Source: Octopus sinensis (Eukaryota). Taken from it: a stretch of 64,000 nt of DNA. Below are positions 24,875 to 37,265 of this stretch, piece by piece. The stretch lies in contig NC_043005.1 of NCBI RefSeq assembly GCF_006345805.1, forward strand, positions 46,004,001-46,068,000, in the 5' to 3' direction. Under the pieces are notes generated by a model. It did not search any database, was not told the origin of the DNA, and saw nothing but the letters and a program-made list of their open reading frames with translations. Position 1 is the first letter of the stretch, and every line of letters starts with the position of its first letter. The position numbers were made by a program, and so were the translations under genes.

Positions 24875-25519
24875 CAGATATGACGGGCTTCCACACAGTT
24901 TCCGCCTACCAAATATACTCACGAGGCATTAGTAGAAGATATTTACTCAAGGTGCCGTGCAGTGAGACTGAACCCGAAAATATGTGATTGCAAAGCAAGA
25001 TTCTGAACAACACAGCCTGCACTTGCGCACTAATACTTGCGCTTGGACTGCTGTCTATTAGTTGTAGAAGACCCATGGCGAAGCTCTCCATAGTAGGACT
25101 GAACCTGGAACGATGTGGTAGCGAAGCGAAATTTTTGACCTATGTGTGTATGCGTGCGCGGTGTGTGTATTATCTATACGTGTGTGTGCATTGTCTGCGC
25201 GCGTGTGTGTGTGAAAACCCAATGATGAGGATTTTGTGCACTAGATTCAGGTACACACATGTGAATATTATTTCCGTATGTTATCTTCCCATAAATGAAC
25301 CAACAGGCAGATACGTAAGAAAAATTGATTATATTAGCAATCTTTACGAGGCAGTTAGAACGATAGTAAACCATGATTTACCGCAGTATATAGGGAAGTT
25401 TAATGCGAAACTGGAATAGAGTTCGTAAGGGTTCGTACAGTAAATGAATTGCTAATTAGCTATACGTTTGCTGAACAATAAAATACACACACGCGCACGC
25501 AAGCACGCACACACACAAC

Positions 25520-26920
25520 CATTTGACTCCTTCAGGCGGAAAACAGCGGAATCAAATACGCCTTATTGCAATTAGAAAACGATATATAGCCTCACCAAAA
25601 GACACAAAGATTAAGGCAGGAGCTGATGTTGGCAGCGGCCATCAACTCATATCTAAGTTAAACAAAAAATGAGAACTAGAATCTCGTCTCCTAAGTTTAG
25701 TATTGAGAAAATGAAAACTGACAAAATTGCATAAGAAAAAAGCTTATTTGTCAGTGGAAAAACAAATTTGTTGTTTCTACAGACATTAATCGATGAAAAC
25801 GGAAGCTGGATGATGTACTTCAGTTGTGGAATGCTATTCAAAAGACTCGACAAGAAGCAGTAAAAGTAGCACTTCAAAAGCGAGGGAAAAGCTTAAAAGA
25901 ATGATAGTAACTTTCAAATGTAGAACTGTGAATAATTATGATCAATGTCTATCTATTTTAAGAACTGAATATGCATGCTTTAATAGCGAAGTAAAACGAT
26001 TCACAAGGCGTGATAAGAGGAAGTACTTGAATGACATTGCGGTTAAGAGTGAAGGTCAAAAAATTAGATGCAGAAGGAAGAATATTAGATTATCTTTCCA
26101 GTCAAGTAAAGAAAGAACTTCATGTTAGAGACGCCAGAATATAATGTTCACTAAAGATAAAGACATTAAGAATAGATGGAAAGAGATTCATAAAATGAAG
26201 AATCTAGAAACTATTTCCTTAGCTGGACGGGAGTTGGATATTGAACCGGGTAAAATCACATTTATTGAGATCGCGAAGGCAAAAAGCAGTTAAAGAATTA
26301 TAAAATTCCGAGCGTAGACGGAATGTTAACCGCGATAGAAGAAGCTGACGGAATCATAACACCAACAGTGCTGTTCATAATACTATTTAACTACATCTAG
26401 AGAACTGGTGGAATCGCCACGGGATGAAAGAAAGGAATTATAATTAATATACTTAAAAAAAAAAAGTACTTACGTGAGCGTTTGAACTGGACATACAATT
26501 ATTCTGTTATCTATAGTCATGAAGATTTTACAGAGAAATTTTAAGCGACCAAGTTTCAGAAGTAGAAGAAAATAAAAAAACGAAATCTTCATAATAAGGA
26601 ATATCTATTTCTTTACAACCCACATGGGGCTAAACACAGAGAGGACAAACAAGGACAGACAAACGGATTAAGTCGATTATATCGACCCCAGTGCGTAACT
26701 GGTACTTAATTTATCGACTCCGAAAGGATAAAAGGCAAAGTCGACCTTGGCGGAATTTGAACTCAGAACGCAACGGCAGACGAAATACGACTACGCATTT
26801 CGCCCGGCGTGCTAACGTTTCTCCCAGCTCGCCGCCTTTCTTCATAATAAGGAATATTTTACAACAAGTAAATGAAATGAGGATGTCGTTAAGCTTAGAT
26901 TTTGCTAATTTCCGACAACC
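25520..26920 (+). pseudogene. Degenerate RTE-clade LINE (endonuclease C-terminus to RT N-terminus), interrupted by SINE A1
   Basis: SPSGGK..NQI..I.IRKR....D.KI.AGADVGSGH (APE end), NSEVKRFTRRDKRKYLNDIA, KQLKNYKIPSVDG, KKGII...KK..L..C.NW, LSLDFANF. Many stops and frameshifts. Confidence 0.8.
26605..26838 (-). mobile_element. Full-length SINE A1 with 19-bp TSD
   Basis: TSD tcttcataataaggaatat at 26586-26604 and 26839-26857. Tail reverse complement: gtttgtcctctctgtgtttagccccatgtgggttgtaaagaaatag. Confidence 0.92.
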
Positions 26921-26979
26921 ATTGCCAATGGTAATGAGAACACAAAGTTACATCATACTTATATAATATCAAACATGCT

Positions 26980-27900
26980 TAAAGGAACCGTGTGTCAGTC
27001 CATGGTGGGTAAAAAACACGTTTACGGAGACGACTCCATTGGTTAAGAGTAATGTGCGTGGATAGATGAAGTTTAAAGATGAGAGAACCAGCTTTGAAGA
27101 CAATCACAAAGTGGGAGGCCATCAGCCACGAACACAGATACGAATCGCCAACGAGTGGATGAACTGATTCACACATACAGACGAGTCACAATGTGTAAGC
27201 TACAATGTGGTTACAATGCATTAGAAAAAAACATGCTGGAAGATTTTCGAGTATGGAAAATGTGTGAAAAGTGGGTACCTTGACTGTTGAGATCCGATTT
27301 AATAGAAAGATAGAAGTCAGTTCTGCTCTCTTGGAAACGTTTGAAGCCAATGGAGACTATTTTTTCTTTTTTACGATCTGATGACTAGAGGGAGAACATG
27401 GCGAACCATTATGTTCTGCAAACGAAAGTTCAGTCCCTGGAATGGTTTCATCCCTCTTCTCCAGGGCCAAGGAGGTTCAAGAGCCAGCAATCTGCACAGG
27501 AAGTCTTGGTCACTGATTTTCTGGAACATAGCTGTACCGTGAGCAGAGAGCGGTATATTGAGACATTAGAGAAAGTTTAGGGAAGCAATTAGAAAGAAGA
27601 GACCCAACATGAATGTAAAGCCGATCCACATTCACCATGACAATGTGCAACCACACAAACGTTTGGCAGCAAATTAATCAACGAACAAACAGGGTTGGTC
27701 AATGATCCCAAACCTTCGTACAGTTCGAATTTTGCGTCCTCTGACTTCCACTTATTTTGTACAATGAAGGACAACGATTTGCGATGCAGACGAGGTTAAA
27801 ATGAGCACAACAGTGCATACCAAAATGTTTTCGAAGAGAACTAGAGAGTTATGTTCTGTGATGCTACAAATACGTCACTTGAAATGGAGATTATGTTGAG
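26980..27900 (+). pseudogene. Degenerate mariner (DD34D) transposase
   Basis: KWVP, W..HY..QTK.QS.EW.HPSSP.P..FKSQ.SA..VLVT.F, HHDNVQPH and PSYSSNFASSDFHLF motifs, with stops and frameshifts. Confidence 0.85.
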
Positions 27901-28010
27901 TACTACAATTGAAGGAAGGAGAGTCGCTATAGCAACACGTACAATCTGAACAACAGATTTTAACTAATTTAAAAGTAATGCCTACATTTGCATTACTTTC
28001 GGTATAATCC

Positions 28011-28140
28011 TTACCAACCACATGGTTCAGGGTTCAGTCTCACTGCGTGGCACCTTGGGCAAGTGTCTTCTACTATAGCCTCGGGCCCACCAAAGCCTTG
28101 TGAGTGGATTTGGTAGACGGAAACTGAAAGAAGCCCGTTG

Positions 28141-28210
<70 letters not shown>

Positions 28211-28427
28211 TGTGTTTGTACTACCAACATCGCTTGACAACCGATGCTGGTGTGTTTACGTCACATTCATTGAGATCGGTCTCTTTTGCGGTTCGGCAAA
28301 AGAGACCGATAGAATAAGTACTAGGCTTACAAAGAATAAGTCCTGGGGGGGCGATTTCCTCGACTAAAGGCGGTGCTCCAGCATGACCGCAGTCAATTAC
28401 TGAAATAAGTAAAACAGTAAAGCAGTA
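28011..28427 (+). mobile_element. SINE B
   Basis: Near-consensus copy with internal (TA)n(TG)n. Confidence 0.9.
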
Positions 28428-28469
28428 AATAGGGAACAGACATTCTTAAAGGAACTGGGTTTAAAAAAG

Positions 28470-28630
28470 GAGAGGCGAGGTATAAATGAGGCTGCTCGGA
28501 GGTGGGGCCGTGTAGCTTCATTCCATTTTTTTTTCATTTTTTATACGTTTGTCCTATTTTTTTCTTGTTGTGTGTCCCCACATGTTATGTATTGTCCCCT
28601 CTTTGTTCGTCCCTGGTGGGTAATCAAATC
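28470..28630 (+). mobile_element. 3' UTR remnant of an older Tx1-like copy
   Basis: Ends attgtcccctctttgttcgtccctggtgggtaatcaaatc, similar to 32720-32774 and 24300-24348. Confidence 0.65.
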
Positions 28631-28864
28631 ATTAGCTCACTCTCTCTCGAGTCTTGTGGATTGAATGCTTTTAGTATTGTTGGAACATCTGTAAAATGAG
28701 TTGTTTAAAAACTGTTGCTTTTAAAAGCAACTTGTTTTGGATTCCCCCGCGAGGGGGAATTATTATTGGTGAACTGTTTATCTGCGGCTTAAAGCCAATT
28801 TTTGTGGGGCGTGATCCCAAAATTTGTTTTGTTCTGCGTTGGCCGTTTTTTTCTTGAAGACACA

Positions 28865-30140
28865 ATGGAGTCGCCAAATAGCATCATTTTGGATATGCCA
28901 AGTGGTCCAATGTTCGAGTCAGCAATGATTCCAGTCAAAAACATTCGCCGGCGGTGTCGACGAAGAAATTAAACTTCGCAGCAGCTGCAGGCGAAAAGAA
29001 AAAAAGAATTGAATATAGATAAATGTGAGCTTACCAAGTTTAAATCTATGATGAAAAAGGAGGGGTCAGAAGTTCAGGTGGCGCATCCAACAGATTTATC
29101 AGAGACTACAAACCGGAAAATAATTATTTATAAAATGTTCCATGTATAAAAAAAAAGAAAAAAAGAAAATAGACAAAGTAACGGAAAAGGAAGTAGAGAC
29201 GTGTCTGAGACCTATCTGGCTAGACATAACATACATCAAAAGAGCTAAACGATTTGCTACAATTAAAATAAGGTTCACCACGGAAGAAAATGCCAGGCAA
29301 CACTCCACCAACACATTGAAAACTGAGGAGGTGGTTCTGCTTCCCACATACATGGGAAGAAGAACATCAAAAATTTGAATTTCAAATATCCTACAAGAAG
29401 TGGACGCTGCCTGGCTGGTGGCAACCACAACCGTAGACTTGAAGGATAAAATTACAATCACGGTGAAAATTAACTGGCAGGGGCAAAGCTTAAAGATGTT
29501 GATATAAGCTGAGCCCCTTGCCTTAGAAGAAATTCCAGAAGTTGTGCATATCGGAGAGACAAGGTTTGTTGTTTTCGTAGAAGGTAGAAAGCCGAGGTGT
29601 TTCAAATGCGGCAAAAAGGGCCACATAAGGGCCGTGTGCGACCCTCCTTGAGAGTCATCAGACGAGGAAGAAGAGGAGGAAGCAGCAACAACAACAGCAG
29701 CATCAACACCAGCAACAACTCAAGAAGGCCGTAGCAGCTACAATGAGGAGAAAGAGGAGGAGTGGTCTTCCATAAAAAGGAAAAATACACAGACTGTCCC
29801 TACAAAACCTTCCACCACTAAGAAAATGAAGGCTAATAAGCCAAAAGCAACAAGCTTGCACGATAACCTAATGGCCATTAAAGCCGCAAATTACAGACTT
29901 TTGAACCAGTAATTTCGACTGCCAAACACATTGATAAAATTTCAACCAAAGACATTCATATATATGAAATTGACCGGAAAAATTACGGAAGAATTAAATT
30001 CGAATTCTTCCATGACATAGGCCCTCTGTGGAAGGATTACTCCCCGCAAATTTACGAGGGCCTATCTCGACGAACCCCACGAGCCCTCGAGAAAGAAAAA
30101 GAGGTGGTTTCTTCGCCTACCTCTCACCATTGATCAAAGG
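28865..30140 (+). pseudogene. Tx1-like ORF1 (gag-like), disrupted
   Basis: ATG at 28865 and CFKCGKKGHIRAVC zinc knuckle at 29598-29639. Several frameshifts and stops. Confidence 0.8.
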
Positions 30141-30149
30141 TAAGTCCTG

Positions 30150-32542
30150 ATGAGTATTCATGTTGGCTGTTTACGGTCACGGGATTTAAATGTCGTTGTT
30201 GCTACTGAAACCTGGATAAAGGGGCCAAGAGACCTGTTCCCGCTCTTGGATGGTTATGAGAAGTTCATTTCTCTGATCTAGAAGGTAGGCTGGTCATCAT
30301 GGATTTGATGTTCAGTTGTGGTAAGACTATCAGACTGGTTGCAATATATGCACTCAATTCAACTGGGCAAAGTGAGTATTTTCGTGACCTGGAAAAATTC
30401 CTGGGTACGTCACATTCACTAGTTTTATAGGAGACTAGACTATAACACAATCTGTGATGCGCGCGTGGATTATGCTGGCTCATACACAGATAGGAATCTA
30501 AGTCGCTTTCAGCTAGCAGATCCATATAGACTGGAATTTCCGAACGCTCCATTCATGACGACCAGCCTACCTTCTAGATCAGAAAAAAATTAACTGGAAA
30601 TTAACTGGCGAGTGTTTATACAAACTAGCAGCAGAATGGGTGTATTCCCAGATCTGTGCGCCGGGAAGTAGTGACGTTGGTCAGAAAGGACCCGGACAAG
30701 AAGGGATTCCATTGATAATTTTAGGCCTATCACTCAGCTAAACACAGAGCTGAATATTTTGGCCAAGGTGTTAGCGAAAAGGTTGGTGCGTGTCGCGGAT
30801 GGTTTGGTCGGGGAGGGACAGACTTTTGCCATCCCCGGCAGAACCATTCAGGATAATCTCCACCTTCTACGCTACACCTTAGAGGATTTAATAGTAAACC
30901 TGGGAAGGGTGGAGCACTGGTCCATTTAGATCAAGCAAAAGCTTTCGATAAGTTTGACCATCGTTACCTGGTGATGGTTCTCGCGCAGTTCGGCCTGGGT
31001 CTTGGCTTCCTTTGGTGGATCATATCAATATATGACAACATCGACTCGATCGTTCGGGTGAACCGTTTTCTGTCAAAGCCGTTCTGTATCAAACGCTCAG
31101 TTCGCCAAGGGTGTCCACTCAACCCGCTTTTGTATGTACTGGCTCTTGAGCCATTGCTGCGAAAGTTGAGTGGCATCTCGTGGGAGCTAGGTTGTGGAAA
31201 GTCGGTTTCAGCATACGCGGACGACATCACCATCATCGTGACCGAAATGGAACACCTACAGAAGGTAGGCAAGGCCATTAAGGATTACGAGACGGTGGCA
31301 GGAGCAAAGATTAATAGTGAAAAATCAGTCGGCACCTGGAGAGGTAAGTCGATGCCTCCTGAAAATGTCGTGGGACGTTGGACGGAGGATCCAATTAAGT
31401 TGTTAGGGGTCTGGTTTGGTCCGGACCTCCAAATAGAGAAGAATTGGGCTGAGGTATCGAGCAGGGTCACCCACGTAGTCAAGGCCTGGTCTTGGCGGTG
31501 GCCATCCCTAAAAGGGAGGGCGGAGGTGGCCAATGTGTTTATCGCATCGGTCATCACTTACCGCCTAACCATCGTTCCTTGCGCTGATTCATGGTTAATC
31601 AAGCTGGAAAGACAGCTTTTCCATTTCTTGTGGAGGGGCTCGAAACCGCTTGTGAAACGCTCTATTTACTGCCAAGAACCGTTAAAGGGTGGACTAAGGA
31701 TGCCTAAGCTTTTGATGCGCAGACATGCACTGAGAGTGAGGCATCTGTGGCTCCACCTGAATGGTGAACGGGTGTGGTCTCCGCTAGCGAAACAGATGCT
31801 TCCCAAGTTCACTAGTTTCGGTGGACGGCAAACCTAGTTCTATCGTAAATCGAAGTTGGTACGTGGTTTACGGAGTGCCGTAAGGCTCTCCTATTCTGTC
31901 GCTCGGGTAATGCCAGCGGTGGTAGTTCAACCGCATCTTTCTATAAAGGGTTGGTAGAGTCGGAATGTGACAGTACCTTAGTCGAAACCCTAGGTCTCGA
32001 TAATGATCAGCTGGCCAGTGTGTGCCAATATACCGAAGACCCTGGATAACTTTCAGAAGTCTCTGGCTTGGCAGTGTTATCGAGGAGCTTTGCCCGTTCG
32101 AGATAAGCTCTCAAGACATGGTTGCCCCGGCCCATCGACCTGTCAAAGATGCGGGCAGGATAGGGAAACCGTCCTGCATGCTATTGTTCAGTGCTCGGAG
32201 GTGTCGGACGTGTGAGCTTATGCTGAACAACTGTTACCGAGTACAAGAAGAGTACAGCTGTCGTCTGAATCAATTCTAAAAATTGACCCATCTGCTTCCT
32301 TATCGAAAAAAGGTAAGAATTGTTTTCTCGTAGTAGTAGCAATTGCGAAAGAGGTGATATGAAAGATTAGAGTAAAAAGACTGAAGAGAGGTGGCTTAAT
32401 CTGTGGCCCTGCACTGGTGAATTTCTTCACTTTTCACCTGAAAAGAAAAATAGGGCTGGAGAGAAGATGCCTGTCGGCGAAAATTTTCACTAGTCGATGG
32501 ATGAATATAGCATGGATGTTGCGAATGAATGTAACCACATGA
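30150..32542 (+). pseudogene. Tx1-like ORF2 (APE-RT-CCHC), disrupted and internally deleted
   Basis: VATETW, DNFRPITQLNTE..ILAKVLAKRL, LDQAKAFD, SVRQGCPLNPLLYVLALEPLL, YADD (31214-25), CQRCGQDRETVLHAIVQC. The span 30971-31837 is open. Confidence 0.92.
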
Positions 32543-32949
32543 ATTCGATAAAAGACATACTCCAGGTATAAGGGGCGAAACGAGGCTTATGGGGTCCAAG
32601 CTGAACTCGTCTCCCCACTCCATTTGTATTGTCTTGTGTTGTTGTCCTATCATCCGATTTTATATTTATTGTCCCATTTTATATGTTGTTCTCATTTGTG
32701 TGTCTGACTTCAAATCATATTGTGTTATCCCCTCTATGTTAGACCCTCGTGGGCAAAAAAAGAAAAGAAAATCAATTAGCTCACTTTCTCCATCAACCCT
32801 GAAAAGATGAAAGGCAAAGTCGACCTCGGCGAAATTTGAGCTCAGAACACAAAGACGGACGAAATGCTGCTGTTTTACCCTGCGTGCTAACGACTCTGCC
32901 ATCTTGCCGCCTTAGTTTATTTGAAAATAACGTCAACGAGAATTGCTTC

Positions 32950-33010
<61 letters not shown>

Positions 33011-33623
33011 GAGGAGATAGTTTTTGTTATGTAGCATGGGGAAGAGAGGAGATATCCTGTACTTCTTACATCCCGTCACCATACCACCTTTCCTCTGAAT
33101 GTATCTTCTCTAATTTGATACATAAAATGAACATTTTAATTTTTATAGTAAAATTCTAACAAATACTTTTTCGCCATCACTAATTTAATTCTATTATAAT
33201 TTAATTTATCGATTGATTAATCATATAACAAAAAAATTTACTGCTTGTTGCTTAAAGATTTTAAAATCGATATTTGATTTTATAGTAAAAAAAAATTGTA
33301 AAAGCTGAAAATCAACGGTCATGTTAGAGGTCGTTGAGGAACCAATGACGGAGTGCTATAGTCATTTCTACATTGTTACGCTGTATCTCACAATGATCAC
33401 TACAGCATTGAATGCATTAAGAATTTTATGGATTAACTCTAACTAGCAGCAACAACCCAGTGATAATACTTGATCATAAAAAATATTTATGTATTATACC
33501 AGAATTGTTTGCTTTTAAAAGACCCAATAAACGCTGATGTTGAAACGCTTTCATTCTTTAATCACATGCTTCAGTGTACGTAATTATAATATCCAGTCTT
33601 CATAACCAATTACTAAACAATGA

Positions 33624-33834
33624 TTTCAAATTTTGGCACAAGGCAAGCAATTTTGGGGGATGGGGTAAGTCGATTACACCATCCCTCAGTTCTCAACTGG
33701 TACTTATTTTATCGACCCCGAAAGGATAAAAGGCAAAGCCCACCTCCGGAATTTGAATTCAGAATGTGAAGACAGACGAAGTGCTGCTAAGCATTTTATT
33801 CGGCATACTACCGACTCTGCCAACTCGCTGCCTT
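33624..33834 (-). mobile_element. SINE A2
   Basis: tttcaaattttggcacaagg...atcgaccccgaaagg...gaatttgaattcag...gccaactcgctgcc. Confidence 0.85.
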
Positions 33835-33860
33835 CCAATCACGAAATAATCCTCTCTACT

Positions 33861-34637
33861 GTCATCGTGCTGTCATCTGCCTGTTGGCTCTCCTCCTGCA
33901 ACTCAACTTGATTTCGAGCCGGGTCGTCTGCTGCTGGAGAGGACCGATCAGGTAAAGGACCTGGGTATCTTGGTGGATTCCTCCTTTTCGCCTTCGGCCC
34001 AGTGCGTCCATGCTGCCAACAAAGCACGCGGAATTCTGTTCTTGATTCGACGGTCATTCGGAATGCTCACAGCAGCCATATTCCTACCACTCTATGTCAC
34101 GCTGGTGAGACCCATATTGGAGTACAGGATTCAAGCCTCTTCTCCTTATCTCCTCAAAGACATACAGCATCTCGAAAGAGTCCAGAAGCTGGCTACCCGC
34201 ATGGTTCATGGTCTCAAAAATTTGTCCTATGAAGAAAGGCTGAGGACGCTCGACCTTTATTCTCTTGAAAAACGCCGCCGCCGTGGTGATCTCATTCTCG
34301 CCCACAACATCATAAGCGGAAAGTGTAACCTCTCGAAAGAGCTGTTCTTCACTCCTGCTCCAGAGCGTCGGCTGCGGGGTCATTCCGAAAAGCTCTACCT
34401 GCGACGATTTCATCTCAATCGAAGGAGAGGAGCTTTCTCCGTCCGGGTTGCGGATCCGTGGAACAAGCTGCCAGACGAGATGGTGAAGATGCCGACGACC
34501 GCTTTGTTCAAAGCCTCCCTTGATCTCAAGTGGCCTGAACTCTTTACATGAACACCACCCTGTACTTAACTCCATGTCCCCCTACATGGCCTTGCTATTT
34601 TGCTTTTGAGCCAAATTAACTAACTAACTAACTAACT
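33861..34637 (+). mobile_element. Young 5'-truncated CR1-group LINE with intact RT C-terminal ORF and (TAAC)n tail
   Basis: The frame is open from ~33865 to 34551 (CCHLPVG..VKDLGILVD..LYVTLVRPILEY..ERVQKLATRM..YEERLRTLDLYSLEKRRRRGDLI..FSVRV..WNKLP). A short 3' UTR and (taac)5 follow. Inserted in the tail of a SINE A2. Confidence 0.92.
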
Positions 34638-34846
34638 AAAGATACAAGGCCTGAAATTTGTGGGAAGGGGTAAGTCGATTACATCGCCCCCAGTTCTCAA
34701 CTGGTACTTATTTTGTCGACCCCGAAAGGATGAAAGGCAAAGCCGACCTCAACGGAATTTGAAGTGATAACGTAAAGACGGACGAAATGCCGCTAAGCAT
34801 TTTGCCCGGCGTGCTACCGCTATCGACTTTGCCAGCTCGCCGCCTT
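34638..34846 (-). mobile_element. SINE A2, tail split by the CR1 insertion
   Basis: The tail start aataatcctctctact lies at 33846-60 and continues as aaagatacaaggcc at 34638. Confidence 0.8.
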
Positions 34847-35228
34847 CCAATTACTAAATAATGATAGCTAGTAACCAAAAGCACGTTCATTCCATAGACT
34901 GTGAGCCTTTGGCTTCATAGTAAATACGGTTCACCCTACAGAGCAGGAGGGACAGTTTACCTGGACGCAAAATTTCATCAAGCAGGATACTTAACGTGTC
35001 GGACAAAATGCTTAAGGAAATTTCTTCCGGCTCTTTACATTCTGAAATCAAGTCCCGCCGAGATCGATTTTGCCTTTCATCATTTCGGAGTCGTTAAAAT
35101 GAAGTATCAGTCAAGTTCTGGCGTCGATGGAATCGAATACTTCCTCTTCCTCCAAAAATGGCTGGTCTTGTGCCAAAATTTAAAACTATTAGTGATACTC
35201 CTCACTCGGATATTAATACAACTAAATG

Positions 35229-35565
35229 AGACCCCCTTCGGTCATGACACTGACCATGGGATTGCACCTAGAAAGTTACCCTCAAAGGAACAAGTCCGGC
35301 CAAATTTGTTTATGGAACACCAGCAGTCGCCCATGCATACCAGCCTCCCCTCTCAAAGCCACGCCACCAGTGTTATCCAAGGGCAAGGGCCGACACAGCT
35401 TGGCACATGTGACGTGGCAACTCGTTTCTACAGCTGAGTAAACTGGAGCAACGTGAAATAAAGTGTTTTGCTCAAGAGCACAACACGCAGCCCGGTCCGG
35501 GATTCGAGCTCACAACCTCTCGATCGTAAGCTCAATGCTCTAACTACTGAGCCATGCGTCTTCAC
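35229..35565 (-). mobile_element. SINE D
   Basis: Near-identical organisation to 9898-10224. Confidence 0.9.
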
Positions 35566-37223
35566 AATACAACTAAATACGAGATAGTAATATATTATTT
35601 GCGCGCACAGAGCCGGTCATGGTTTCAGCCTCTTTGTTTTTTTAAATGTCTCCCTTGAAGAGGTTAAGACCGTAGGCTAATATATATATATATATATATA
35701 TATAAATATATAACATAATTTCACTAACCAAATTAATAAATGGGGGAGCTCCCATATTACAAATACATAACAAAAACATCAATAAACTCATTTCGGACAA
35801 AAGCTTCTTAGCAGCATTTTTTTTGGGTTCTATACATTCTGAGTTCAAACACCGCCATTTTAGTGTAAGAGAAATTCAACAACAAAACTACAACCAAATG
35901 TATTATTCATATTTTTAACTTAGTCTTACACTTGATTTTCCTGAACTTATACATTTTGAAGAAATCGTTTATCATCTCTCAGTTGACTGCAAAAATGTCT
36001 TCAGGGACCAGAAATGCATTTTAGAGAAACAACTGCTGATTTTGATTCTTCAGAAGATAAATTGGTAGAATTACAGAAAGTTTTGTCACAAGCACTGAAA
36101 ATGAATAAGAATCGATGAGAAAGAACAATTCTTCGTTGATAAATACATGGTAAAAATGCAGCTGATGCTGAATTGAGTGCCGAAGAGGAAATTTATCGCA
36201 TCTTAAAGAATATTATTGATCCCTAGGTTCGAAAGATAACCGGAAGATTTTTCCGCTTACATAACTTACATTAACGGTTTGAATTTTTATACAAAATGAG
36301 AAAAATATTGTTTCTTGTGGGGTTTGAAGACGGAAATTTGCATCAGAAATATGAATTAAAGAGTCATTCATCTGATATTAGGGTAAAGGACAAAGGATAT
36401 GAATGACCTTGGGATTGCATCAAGAAAGTTACCATTCAAGGCACAAGTCCGGGCAAGGTTGTCTGTGGAAGATCAGTAGTCACCCATGCTTACCAGCCTC
36501 CTCTCTCCAAGGGATATTAATGAGTCAAGGTAAATTAACACGTGTAGACTGTTGATATGATAATGAATATAGAGCGATTTTCTGAGGATAAGCGCTACAA
36601 CAGATTTAAAAACATTCATAATTTCATATTTTTATCTTTTACTTATTTTAGTCAATGGACAGCAGCCATCCTGGAGTACCATCTTGAGGGGTTTTAGTCG
36701 AACAAATCGACTTCAATACTTGTTTTTGAGTTTGGTGCTTATTCTATCGGCTCTCTTCTCGAATCGTTAAGTTACTAAGACATAAACAAAACAGTACCGG
36801 TTGTCAAGTGATGGTGGGGTGCAAACAAAGACACAAAGATACACACACACATACGTGTGTGTATACGATGGGCTTCTGTTTTAACAGTTTTAACATAAAG
36901 TTTTAACATAAAGCAAGTAGAATATTTGGGTCAAATACGGTCAGTTTAAATGCTAAAGGGTTAAAGTCAAGCTTAAGGCCCGTCTAAAGTAGATTGGAAG
37001 AAAATGCCAACAACACAGATGTAGATTGATCAGTGGAGTCGCTAATCGAATTGATTCTGTTCGAAAGAAGATTATATATACGGAGATCAGCTTGAAAGTT
37101 CTGACTTCAAGACTTGTGGGAAAACCTCAACGTGGTCGGACGATTTGCTAGAAATAGCATCCAAATATTCCTTAAATCACTCCCCGCCTTCTTTAGAAAA
37201 AGAACACAATGGATGATATAATC

Positions 37224-37265
<42 letters not shown>

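Larger units (their letters stand above)
28647..32774 (+). mobile_element. Near full-length Tx1/L1-clade LINE, inactivated
   Basis: ORF1 with CCHC knuckle, ORF2 with APE remnant, RT and C-terminal CCHC, 3' UTR and A-rich tail. Flanked by attagctcact(c/t)tctc (28631-46, 32775-90). Confidence 0.9.

Noticed and set aside
28631-28646. attagctca resembling the 5' part of a tRNA as the Tx1 target
   Set aside because: The match is only ~9 nt and the adjacent sequence is not tRNA-like.
36020-36235. Broken coding-like stretch (HGKNAAD...)
   Set aside because: It contains multiple stops and cannot be assigned to a family.
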